From Amoebophrya sp. A120 (Eukaryota; Protista; Dinoflagellata), in contig CAJINV010000002.1 of NCBI GenBank assembly GCA_905178155.1, positions 4,543,694-4,607,693 of the forward strand: a stretch of 64,000 nucleotides of DNA. The letters are read 5' to 3'. This document shows, piece after piece, positions 26,301 to 38,300 of the stretch. Each line of letters opens with the position of its first letter. The first letter of the stretch is position 1. The position numbers were made by a program, and so were the translations under genes. Under the pieces are notes generated by a model, which had not been told where the DNA came from, did no database searches, and saw only the letters and a program-made list of their open reading frames with translations.

Positions 26301-29300
26301 CTGCATTGCAAGTTTTCTCTCTCATGCAGAGAAAATTTGTGTATGCTGAATTGACAACACATGCGTAACTGTAACACTTTTTTCGTGGCATAAGGTGTGT
26401 GCGCCCTACTACCGCATGCGGCTGCAGCTATCCAGGAGGAAAAAACACTTATCCTGATCCATTTTTTGCATGAAAAGCACTGGACTTCATGCATGTTTCG
26501 CATGACAAATTGGATCGGGTGGATCATGGTTTTTTTTTGTGGATAGGAGCATGTGCGGGAACACAACTTTTACAACCATGACGACTTGAAGAAGAAGCGC
26601 GGCGCTGACGCTGGGGACCACTCCCGCGGCACATCTATGGCATTCTCAATCGTTACTACATTCTCAACTGTTACATAAATTTGTCATACAAAAGACTGCC
26701 TTAAGCCGCGAGATGATCAAGCTGTGCTTCGCATGACAAATCCCCGAGATCATGAGGCTAAACAGCATCGAGATCTGTGCGGCCAAAGCTGTGATGCGAA
26801 AACAGCAATCTTGCCTCTTTGACTGTTCTTGCCACTCTTGCATCGCAAATGCATGTAACAGTTGAGAATGTAACAGTTTAGAACGCCATAAAAACATCAA
26901 CCGCAGGGCGAGAGGACGTCGACCCCTATCTCGCCGACGAATCCGCGGAGAGTGTGGAAGGGGACCTGAAAACGGAATTGCGCGGCTACAGGCTCACCAA
27001 ATGTCGCAGTCGCGGAAGTAATCGGGTATCACAGGAAAAAGTGTTATCGTCAACGAAATTTGTGATGCAGTAAGAACGCATCAGAAAAGGTGCCCAAATT
27101 TGTGTTGCGTAGCATGCATGGAAGGCAAAACTTGCAATGCATAGCTGCCATCTGAGAAAACCGTTAACGTTAACACTTTTTTGTTCGATATCGGGTTGTG
27201 TACGAGCACAAACCCCTGGACCAAGCGTTGACGCAGGAGCAAAGTGCGGAGCTGCTGGAACAGGAGATCGAGATCATTGCAGCTGCGGAGGCGGTATCAA
27301 ATGCAAAATAAAATGTCTGGGTCTGGGAGATTCTGAGACTTGTCATGCACGTTTTACGTGAGCCATGATGTCTGTGATGCATGCCGTAGCATCACTGATT
27401 TTTCGAGGGGTTCTTGATGCCTATTTCGCATGACAAATGCCCTAACCGCGTCGCAAAAATTACACTCCCTTTGTTATTCATGCAATACAATTTTTTTTGG
27501 AATCCAAATGCAGCATCGCAAGTTGCTTTGTTCCAGGCCCAGACATTTTTGCATTTGATAGGCGGTGGACGGCGACGAGTCGTTGTCAACAACATCAAAC
27601 GAAACAATCAACCGCACCTGCACCATATCAAATGCAAAACTGTCTGGGTCTTGGAGATTGCGAGATTTGTCATGCTAGTGTGGCATGACTCTGAACTCTG
27701 TATTGCGTGGCCGCGAAGAGCTCCTCCTCCCTGTCATGCAAAAACGTAGTTTCTCATGCGGAATACGCAACTCAGAACCAAGGAAAAAACTTGCCATGCT
27801 TGGCAGCGCATTATAGCGAGCTCACTATTCCCTTTCTTGCATCACAAGTTTCCAGACCCAGACACATTTGCAATGCATACACCACTCCCCCTTGTGTTGA
27901 CGACGCGAATAACTCCACGGACTGGATTTCTAGCCCCAGGTCGGCCGCCAAGACCCTGAAATATGCATTGCAAAAGTATCGCACTCGTTGTACTAATCGC
28001 AGTCGTGCATTACAATTAGTTTTTGCCAAGGTAAATCCGCATTACAAATTTCATTTCTCATGCTGAGGAAATTTGTCATGCGATTTATACTAGCGCGGTA
28101 CTTTTGCAGTGCATATGAAAGAGAGAGCCACGAACGCCGCCAAGGCGTTGATGAGCAAGGCAGGAGCCCTGAAAAATAAAGTGTTGAAGAAGGCCGGCAC
28201 GAAACTGGAAGATATTTCCTTCGAACTTTCCCGCCTGCGGAAGCTGACGGCCACCAACATGACTGCCGCGGCCAAGGAAAAGCTACGGGCCGTGCTGGAG
28301 CACAAGGTCTTTGAGGAAGCGCACGACGCGCTGCACAACGGCACGCAGAGGTTGCGACTCACCGGGCAGCAGGCGCGTGACATCGTGCTATCGACTGCAA
28401 ATATGTCTGGGTCTGGAAGGAAGATGCAAGTTTATTTGTCATGCACATTTTACATGACTCCTGATGTCTGTGATGCATGCCCCAGCGCCACAGATCTTGC
28501 GAGGGGGGGCTTCCTCAAGCCTATACCGCATGAGAAATGCCCTCTCGCCATGGGAAAAACTGGACCTACAGTGCTGTTCATGCAATGCAGATTTTTGTAG
28601 AATCCAAAGGGAGCATCACAAGTTGCATCCTTCGTCCAGACCCAGAAATATTTGCAATGCATACGTGCTGCAAAGCGGCAACTTCAGCTTTCTTGCGGAC
28701 AAACTGGCCGCCATGCAGCAGGGCTTGAAGCAGGGCATATGCAATGTAAATTTCCCGTACATGTACAAAATGCATGACAAATTTCGCTAAACTTGCAGTG
28801 TCCAACTTGTCATGCTAGACTAGGATTGAAGGCGAGTTTTGTCATGCAGAGACTGCATTTGTACGTGTACGGGAAATTTACTGTGGATAGGGCACGCAGG
28901 GATACACCAGCAGTGCGCTCTATGGAAGCGTCAGGTTTGAAATCGACAAAGTTGAAATGATTTGCCATGCATAACATGGAAGGCATCAAGTGCCTGTCTT
29001 GCCAGGATGACAAGTGAGGCCGATTGTGAGCCTGTTTAGGGTTTGAGATAGAGCTGCGAAAGGAGCATGACAGAAGCAGTCTTGTGTGCCCAAACAGCAT
29101 GACAAATTGGATTCCGGTGATCGAAAAAATTGTCATGCGCCGCTTGATAAGTGGGCATCCTACGGGTATCGGTTTTAAGCATGGCAAACTATTTCAACTT
29201 TGACGATTTCGATCCTGACACCCCCATACGCTCCTGAAGTTCCAACAATTGTTGGACAGCGAGGCGCTGCAGGGGCTTATGCATTGCAAAAGTATCGTAC

Positions 29301-32300
29301 TCGTATAAATGCATTACAAATTTCTTCAGCATGAGAAATAAAATTTGTAATGCGGATTTACCTTTAAAAAAAAATTTGTAATGCCTGATTGCAAGAATAC
29401 GAGTACTTTTGCACGGCATAGGGCTCTTCGACACGCAAATCCCCTGGTGCGAGGACGAGTGTGATCCGAAACCGAGCTGCTGGACAAAGTGTTTCGATGC
29501 TGTAGATGACTACTGCGTGCACACACTGATCACACACTGCTGCTTTCTAAACTATGACGTAGGGGACGAAGAGGAGGAGTATTGGAACGAACTGCAAAAA
29601 CGAAAGCAGGGGCCACAGCTGCAGGGGGGAAAAAAGTTGTATCCGGGTGAGATGGCCGGCACCTCCTCTAACCCGCTCGGCACCAGCAGCACGTACCTCA
29701 GTTCGCGGGAAGAATACCAGTCCGGACAGGACTACAATACATACCGCCGCGTGTGCGAGTTTGTGTTCCGCACCCCACTTGACGCCTATGTCGCGCTGGA
29801 TGAGTATAGGGAGCGGCGCAACAACAAGATCTCTTGGCTCTTATGCAATGCAAAAGCACCGTACTAGCGTAAATTGCATTACAAGTTTTCTCAGCATGAC
29901 AAATGCAATTTGTAATGCTGTTATAGATACCTTGGGAAGAAGATTTGTGTTTGTCATGCATATTTGCAATTAGTACGAGTGCAGTGCGTTTGCACATTAT
30001 AGCTCTACGACGACGGCAAATGCGTTTCGGTGCACCACCACACGCTATCCAGTGCAAATATGTCTGGGTCTGGGAAGTTGCGAGGTTTGTCATGCCAGTC
30101 TGGCATGACTCTGAACTTTGTGTTGCGTCACCGAAAAGATCTCCTCGTGTCTGTCATGCAAAAACGCAGTTTCTCATGCGGAGTACGCAACTCAAAACCA
30201 CGGAAAAACTTGTCATGCTTGGCAGCGCATTAAAGTGTGTTCCTTATTCCCTTCCTTGCATCACAAGTTTCCAGACCCAGACATATTTGCAATGCATACA
30301 CGCGCCTGCAGAGCAAAACGCTGAACTTGAACTGGATCGCCGGCATGCTACCGTACTACGAGAAATTCAAAAGCAAGAACACTTTGTCGCCCCTGTACGA
30401 CCAGAGCACCAACCAGGACGCCTTGTCCGACGAAGGCATTGGATATCAGAGTGCACAACTCTCCCCCCCCGACATAATTTACGCAGTTCGCTCCGGCTAC
30501 AGTGATCTACTTAACCTTCATTTTTGATTTTACATTGCAATATGATTGCATGAACAGCAATACAAACACCACCACACGTGAAGCCTGTGCATGGCAAATT
30601 CATGCGCCTAGTGTAACTAGTATTGTTTGGGCTCCCTCCGGTGGAGTGATCTGTCATGCAAACAGTGTCACAGGGAAGCACTTGGACGATTTGGGGTTTT
30701 GCAAATTACAAATAAGGGGATGAATGGGGAGTTGTGCACTGTCATATTGGTCCTCCGGAACATGCTTCTGGTGCTGCGCCGGGGGAAGAAATGGGTGGAC
30801 ATCCAGATGGTTTTATCGACAAAAGCGGAATCATTTTCAGCAGTACTGTTGCTGTTCCTGCGACCAACCAAACATCAAACACATCTTCGAGGACGACGAC
30901 CAGCGCTTCTACTGGGAGGAAAAAAAGAGGACGTCAGGATAGTACTTCTAAACGGGCTGTTGTTGTTCCCTTCGCAAAGCAGCGGCACGGGTTGCCGGCC
31001 AAGGAAAGAAATCGGCTGCTATATGGATTGCAAAAGAAAAAGTATTGTACTCGTATAAATGCATTACAAATTTATCTCCCAGTATGAGAAATAAAATTTG
31101 TGATGCGGATTTAGCCTAAGAAAAAGATCTGTCATGCAGCATGATTGCAATTGAACTACGAACGATTACGATACTTTAGCACAGGATATGCTACTCTACT
31201 CCGCGATTCGGGACATGAATCCGTTTATTCACCGGAGCATGCTTCATAGTTGGCAGCTCGCGCACCAGAAGGACGCACAGGTGCAGGAAGACCGGCTGAA
31301 TCAAGAACTGACGAAATATGCTGAACAAAAACGTCCCCACATCGTCCCCAGAGTTGCACTTGTCATGCAAATTTGCAATGACAAGAACACTTGTAATGCG
31401 CATCCCCATGTTGTTGAGAGGCTGATTTTCCATCGTGCGATGTATCGCATTCGCGCCTGTGATGCTCTAAACAGCATGAGGAGATCCTTTTGTGATGCGG
31501 CTGTCCTTCGTAACCTGCACTGCAATTCAAGAGCGAAAAACTTGTCATGCGTGAGACCTAAAACTTCAGGATTTGTGTTGCAGACTTCCCAACTTAAGTG
31601 TGAAAAAATGGGGACGTCTTTACTCAGGATGCGAAAACCCTTTTTCGCGAGGACGACGTCGCCGCAGAAAAAGCCACGAAAAAATACGTGCAGACGCACA
31701 TATCAACTGCAAATATGTCTGGGTCTGGAAGATTCTAAACTTGTGATGCTGTCTCTGGATTCTAAAAAAATTTGCATTGCATGACCAGCAAGAGGACGCC
31801 ACATATGCTACGCGGTGGAGAGGGCATTTTTCATGCGGTAGAGGCATCACAAAGCCCTCTAAAAATCTGTCATGCTGGAGCATGCATCACAGACATCAAG
31901 GGTCATACAAAATATGCATGACAAACCTGGCAAGCTTCCAGACCCAGACACTTTTGCAGTTGATAGCACATGATGGATGACAACGCGGCCGCAGAGGAGC
32001 AAGCGGAGCAGGTATGAAAGTGCACAACTCGCCCTCCCCCTCATTTGTCATGCAAAATACCCAATCCACCCATTGCCTCTTGGCACTGTTTGCATGGCAA
32101 GTCCTGGTAGCCCAGATCGCACTACACTCCAGTGCAAATTTGTGATGCAAATCCGGCACTCTTGCTGATGCTTGTATTGCCTTTTATGCTAAACAAATGA
32201 TGGGGAGGGGGAGTTGTGCACTGTCATAGCAGGACCTGGCAGACGAAAAGCAAGCAGGAAGTAGTAGAACCTCTAGGAGTATTACAGGTGAAAATAAAGA

Positions 32301-35300
32301 GCAGGATGAAGCAGAAGAAATTGCCGCCGCGACTAACCAAACGAGTACTTCTACAGGGCTCGAGCATGCCGTCCAGCCGGTTACTGTCGTCACGAAGAGA
32401 AGCGAAAAGGACGTCGGCAGCGACTCAGATAGTAGCAGCACCGAGGAAGAGGAGGACGACGAACAAGACGATGCAGTTTTCTCGGCGGAGAAGTGCTACT
32501 TGTCGTACAACGAGAGAAGAGAGATGCTCGGCAGAAGCAAAAAGACGAAAAGCTTTCTCCAGGAGGGATCGTCTGGATCTGGTACTACTAGAGCAAGTAG
32601 ATCTAGAAGATCATCTTCTTCTCAAGGTCGTGGGAAAAACAAAAAGAAGAAGAAAAAGAAACCGAGATTCGCGGTCGAGGAGTGCCTCACGTACCGAGAT
32701 CTGTACTCGGTCTGCGACCAGGGGACGGTGCACTGCAGCTTTGACCAGGACATGCTGTTCCCAATCTGCATGTCGGCCATTGCCAATGTGGGCGCGGTAT
32801 CCTGTGCAAAAGTATCGTGCTCTTACTAATTGCGTTTATGCATTACAAACAAGGTCCGAGCACGGGGACAGAGTGGTCCCCGTGCGGCGACCTTCGTTCC
32901 GGCATTTGTCCGCGCGGTGGCACTGGGCAGGCAGGTCGCCTGCAGCTAGGTATCTCGGTGCGCCTTGCACTCACTGACCCGCGACGGGCCTGCGGACGCG
33001 GCCCCCTTGCTTGCGCGCACTAGGTTCATTAGCCTGCCGCGCGCAAAGATAAAAGTAAGAAACGAAGAAACTGGCGCGCGCCGGGTCTGGAGCCGGCCCC
33101 CAGGTCATGACGCGGCGACGGAGTCCCCGCACTGCCCTAGGGCTTTTCTCTGCCCCTTCCATCCTTGGCCGCGCGGTGTGGTGTCCGGGGAGTGTTCCTT
33201 CGCAGCTAGCCCCTAGCCATGACGCGGGGACCGAGTCCCCGCGCTGGCCTAGGGCTTTCGCCCCTTGGCCGCACGGTGCCCAGGAAACGCTCACAGCTGG
33301 CCCCTAGGCCATGGCGCGGGGACCGAGTCCCCGCGCTGGCCTAGGGCTTTCGCCCCTAACTTGGCCGCACGGTGTCGCCGGGGAGCGCTCGCAGCTAGCT
33401 GGCCCCTAGGCCATGGCGTCAGTCGGAGGGCCCCGGGGCCATTTTGGGCGCTAAAAAATTGCTAAATTTTGCGCGATTTTTAAAAAACCCGGAAGCCGGC
33501 GCGTGATGAAGGGCGCCGCCTTTTCCAAGCCGGCCCCGTTTGGGCATTGGTGGCGGGTGGTTGCCTGCCCCGCCCCGGTAGCTGCGCGCAGGGGGCCCGC
33601 GTAATATTTCGCGCGCTCTCGGGCCGCCTCCCCTCCGCCCCCGAGAGGCTTCGCGCGGGGCCGCGTTGGTTTTCGGGTTTCGCTGATTTTCCGCAGCCGC
33701 GAATTCCTTGCGTTGTCCGTTTCCTTTGTGGGCCACCGGGGCGCCCGGCCTTGGCAAGCATCACGCCGGCGGGCGGCCTGGCGAGCGCGGCCCCCCGTGT
33801 CTTTCCCGGCTCGGGCCCGATGGGTGCCCGATGTCGGTAGGAGGTTGCTCTGCCCCGGGTATTTTTTGGGTCCCGGCGCCGGGGATGTTTCGGCCCTTTG
33901 GTTAGCAGAAGGCGCGCGACCAGAGTCGCGCAAAAGGTCCGGGCACAACCATTGTCGCATCCTTCGCGAACTGCTAAAACGGCCGCTAAATCCGGACCAC
34001 AGGCGTTTTGGGAAGGATTTTGCGTTTTCGCAGGTTTTGCGGAAGGTCCCGGGCCCTTCGCGGACCGTACCGCCGCCCTTCTCCAGCAGAAATTTAGCAG
34101 GGTTTTTAGCAGGCATTTTTAGCACCCAAATTTAGCAGGATTTTTAGCAGGGATTTTTAGCACCCAAATTTAGCAGGTTTTTTAGCAGGATATTTAGCAC
34201 CCCAAAAATAGCAGCATATTTAGCAGCAAAAATAGCAGGCATTTTAGCAGGTCCTAAAATTTGCCGTGTATTCGGGACCTCGCGGTCGTGTTCTCTGCAA
34301 TGGCCGAAAGAATGCCGGCTAAGGTTTTGCATCGGGGGCGTGGCTCCTTAATGAAAAAGGGGCGAGCCGGCTCCTTTGATTTTGGGGCCGCGGCAGTGGG
34401 TTATCTGGCTCGGGCCGCGGGGTGTGTCGTTCCTTGTGTTGCGCACCCAGTACCGAAACCCGGCGCCCCACCGCGCCCCCGCCGGGCGCCTCTGTTGCCG
34501 CCCTAGCGCCGTTCCTTGGGAAGGGTTCTGGCTTGGCACTTTGAAAAAATAAGACAAAAAATAGCGCGAATTTAGCAGGCCCAACCGCCCCGGGCCCTCC
34601 GACCGAATGGCGCGGGGACCGAGTCCCCGCGCTGGCCTAGGGCTTTCGCCCCTTGGCCGCAAGGTGTCCGGGAAGCGCCCGCAGCTGGCCCCTAGGCAAT
34701 GACGCGGGGACAGAGTCCCCGGCCGCGCGCGCTGGCCTAGGCAGGGCTTTCGCCCTTTGGCCACACGGGGCCACGAGAAGTGCTGCGAGCTAGCCCCTAG
34801 GCCGTTGCGCGGGGACCGAGTCCCCGCGTTGCCCTAGGGGTTTCGCCCCGCCCTTGGCCGCGCGGTGTCCGGGAAGGATGGAAGCGCGCACAGCTGGCCC
34901 CTAGGCCATGACGCGGGAACCGGGTCCCCGCGCTGGCCGAGGGCTTTCGCCCCTTGGCCACACGGATTCACGGGGAGTGCTGCCTCCAAGCTTGCTAGCC
35001 CCTAGGCCATGGCGCAGGGAACGGGCCCCCGCGCTGGCCTACGGCTTTCGCCCCTTGGTCGCACGGTGTCCGGGACGCGCTCAGTCACAGCTGGCCCCTA
35101 GGCCATGACGCGGGGACCGAGTGCCCGCGCTGGCCTAGGGCTTTCGCCCCTTGGCCGCACGGTGTCCGGGAAGCGCTCAGTCAGACCTGGCCCCTAGGCC
35201 ATGACGCGGGGACCGAGTCCCCGCGCTGGCCTAGGGCTTTCGCCCCTTGGCCACAAGATGTCCGGGAAACGCCCACAGCTGGCCCCTAGGCCATGACGCG

Positions 35301-38300
35301 GGGACCGAGTCCCCGCGCTGGCCTAGGGCTTTCGCCCCTTGGCCACATCGTGTCCGGGAAACGCCAACAGCTGGCCCCTAGGCCATGACGCGGGGACAGA
35401 GTCCCCGCGCTGGCCTAGGACGTTCGATCGCCCCTTGGCCGCACGGCGCCCGGGAAGCGCTCACAGCTGGCCCCTAGGCCATGACGCGGGGACCGAGTCC
35501 CCGCGCTGGCCTAGTGCTTTCGCCCCTTGGCCGCACGGTGCCCGGGAAGCGCCCAAAGCTTGCCCCTAGGCCATGACGCGGGGACCGAGTCCCCGCGCTG
35601 GCCTAGGGCTTACTTTCGCCCCCCCCTTGGCCAAGCCGTGTCCGGGTAACGCCAAAAGCTGGCCCCTAGGCCATGACGCGGGGACCGAGTCCCCGCGCTG
35701 GCCTAGGACTTCCGCCTCTTGGCCGCACGGTGTCCGGGAGGGAAGCGCCAAAAGGTGGCCCCTAGGCCATGACGCGGGGACCGAGTCCCCGCGCTGGCCT
35801 AGGGCTTTCGCCCCTTGGTTGCACGGTGTCCGGGAAGCGCTCAGTCAGAGCTGGCCCCCAGGCCATGACGCGGGGACCGAGTCCCCGCGCTGGCCTAGGG
35901 CTTTCGCCCCTTGGCCGCAAGATGTCCGGGAAACGCCCACAGCTGGGCCCTAGGCCATAACGCGGGGGCCGAGTCCCCGCGCTGGCCTAGGATTTTCGCC
36001 CCTTGGCCACATCGTGTCCGGGAAACGCCAACAGCTGGCCCCTAGGCCATGACGCGGGGACCGAGTCCCCGCGCTGGCCTAGGACGTTCGCCCCTTGGCC
36101 GCACGGCGTCCGGGAAGCGCTCAAAGCTGGCCCCTAGGCCATGACGCGGGGACCGAGTCCCCGCGCTGGCCTAGGGCTTTCGCCCCTTGGCCGCACGGTG
36201 TCCGGGAAACGCCCAAAGCTGGCCCCTAGGCCATGACGCGGGGACCGAGTCCCCGCGCTGGCCTAGGGCTTTCGCCCCCCCCTTGGCCACGCCGTGTCCG
36301 GGAAACGCCAACAGCTGGCCCCTAGGCCATGACGCGGGGACCGAGTCCCCGCGCTGGCCTAGGACTTCCGCCCCTTGACCGCACGGTGTCCGGGACGGAA
36401 GCGCCCACAGGTGGCCCCTAGGCCATGACGCGGGGACCGAGTCCCCGCGCTGGCCTAGGGCTTTCGCCCCTTGGCCGCACGGTCTCGCGTGGCAGACTGG
36501 ACGTCGGGCCCAAACCTCATACGACAAAGTCCGAAAGTTTGGCCGGGGTGTGTCCGAAAGTCTGCCCGGGGTGTGTCCGAAAGTCTGCCCGGGGTGTGTC
36601 CGGGGTGTGTCTGGGGTATGTTCGGACTTTATGCCTGGGGTATGTTCGGGGGTCTGTCTGGGGTATGTCTGGGGTGTGTCTGGGGTGTGTCTGGGGTATG
36701 TTTATACCCCACCTGTTGGCTTTTCGGCAAAATATTGTAGTCCGCCCGTGATTGAGGAGCATTTGCATACCCCTGACACACCCCCGAACACACCCCCGAA
36801 CATACCCCTCGCATGCATTTTTGACCAGCTGCTGCAGTTTAGATAGTAATCTTTTTTTCAAGGCAAATCCGCATTACAAATTCAATTTGTAATGCTAAGC
36901 CAATTTGTGATGCATTTATACGAGTACGATACTTTTGCAGTTCATACGCGGAGGCAACCTTTGACGAGACCACTGGGGTCCGCCGCGCGGAGCCAGCCTA
37001 TGAATTGCAAATATGTCTGGGTGTGAAAGAATGCCGAACTTGTCATGCAGGTTTTCCATGGCCCATAAGGTCTGATATGTAGGACATAGCATGACAGATT
37101 CTGTGAGAGTTCTACCATGCCTATCCTGCATGAGAAACTGCCTGTCGGTTAGGTCAAAAGTGGACAGCATTTGGTAATCGTGCAACACAGATTTTTGCAT
37201 GATTCAGTGTTAGCATGACAAGTTGCAGAGTTCCAGACCCAGACATATTTGCAATGCATACAGTCACTTGGCTAGCGATCTCGCATGTGTTAAAGAAACA
37301 GAACGTGTACTCCATCTCGCACATGAACAGCCTGGTCCTGGAAACCTTGCTGGATTCCCGGGTGTGGGCGTTGGGGAAGCAGCGGTTTGGCCGAAGGGCC
37401 TTCGAAAAGTACTTGGGGATTATGTCCCGGGCCGTTTCCCCCATGCGGCTCCTTTGTCCGGCCAGCATGGTGATGCGCCACGACGCGAAGCAAGGCTCGA
37501 CGCAACTGATGCACGAAAAGGTGCGAAACCGGGTCCGCCTGTACGGTGCGCGCACGATGAAGACGATGATGTATACGATTCTGCTGTCGATTATGGAGGA
37601 GCTGGTCTTCAAGTTTGCCTTGTCGTTCGTGGGGGCTGCCGTTTTGCTGGTATGCATTGCAAATGTGTCTGGGTCTGGAAGGATGGAACTTGTCATGCTG
37701 CGTCTCGATCACAAAGAAATCTGTGTTGCATGAACGCCAAGAGCTGCCTAATTCTCGCTAGGCAATAAAAGGCCGGCCTCTCATGCGGAATAGGCATGAG
37801 GAAGGTCGCGCAGAATTTGTTATGCTTTTGTGTGCATGCCAGACCATGCGTGCGGTCCGCGAGATACATGACAAATCTCACACTCCTCCAGACGCAGATA
37901 TATTTGCATTTGATTGCTGGCTAGTCCCAACGACCCCATCACACAGCTCACCATGCGCGGCATATGGGATTCTCAAACGTTCCAGTCTCAACTGTTACAT
38001 GATTTTTTGTCATGCAAAATGAGCATCAACATCCACAAGATGAAGCTACTTCGCATGACAAATTTTGGACAGGCTAGACAGCGCCTAAACCTGTGCGGAA
38101 TTTGTAATGCTACAGGTGTAGCGCCCTCCCTGCTTTGACTTTTGCCATTCTTGCATCACAAAATCATGTACCGCTTGAGAATGTAACAGTTGAGAACGCC
38201 ATACGGCATCCACCAAGGCTGGGACGTGGCCACGCAGCACAATGTATCCAATGCAACTATGTCTGGGTCTGGAAGAATGCAAGTTTGTGATGCTTCATGC

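Larger units (their letters stand above)
32850..36849 (-). mobile_element. Non-autonomous Helitron-like element nested in the family-B introner 32798-36946
   Basis: No TIR and no TSD. On the minus strand it reads 5'-TT...CTTG-3', inserted between A and T. A 10-bp-stem hairpin GCACGGGGAC/GTCCCCGTGC (32860-32885) lies 10 nt from the 3' end. The host resumes seamlessly (GCATTACAAA|TCTTT). Confidence 0.7.

Noticed and set aside
34092-34252. Interstitial telomere
   Set aside because: The word is TTTAGCA(GG) with irregular spacing, not tandem TTTAGGG, and it lies inside a TIR element.
33090-36483. CRISPR-like array (palindromic repeat with a variable segment)
   Set aside because: The 'spacers' are homologous to one another, units are about 92-100 bp with higher-order duplication, there are no cas genes, and the context is eukaryotic. 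It is a satellite.
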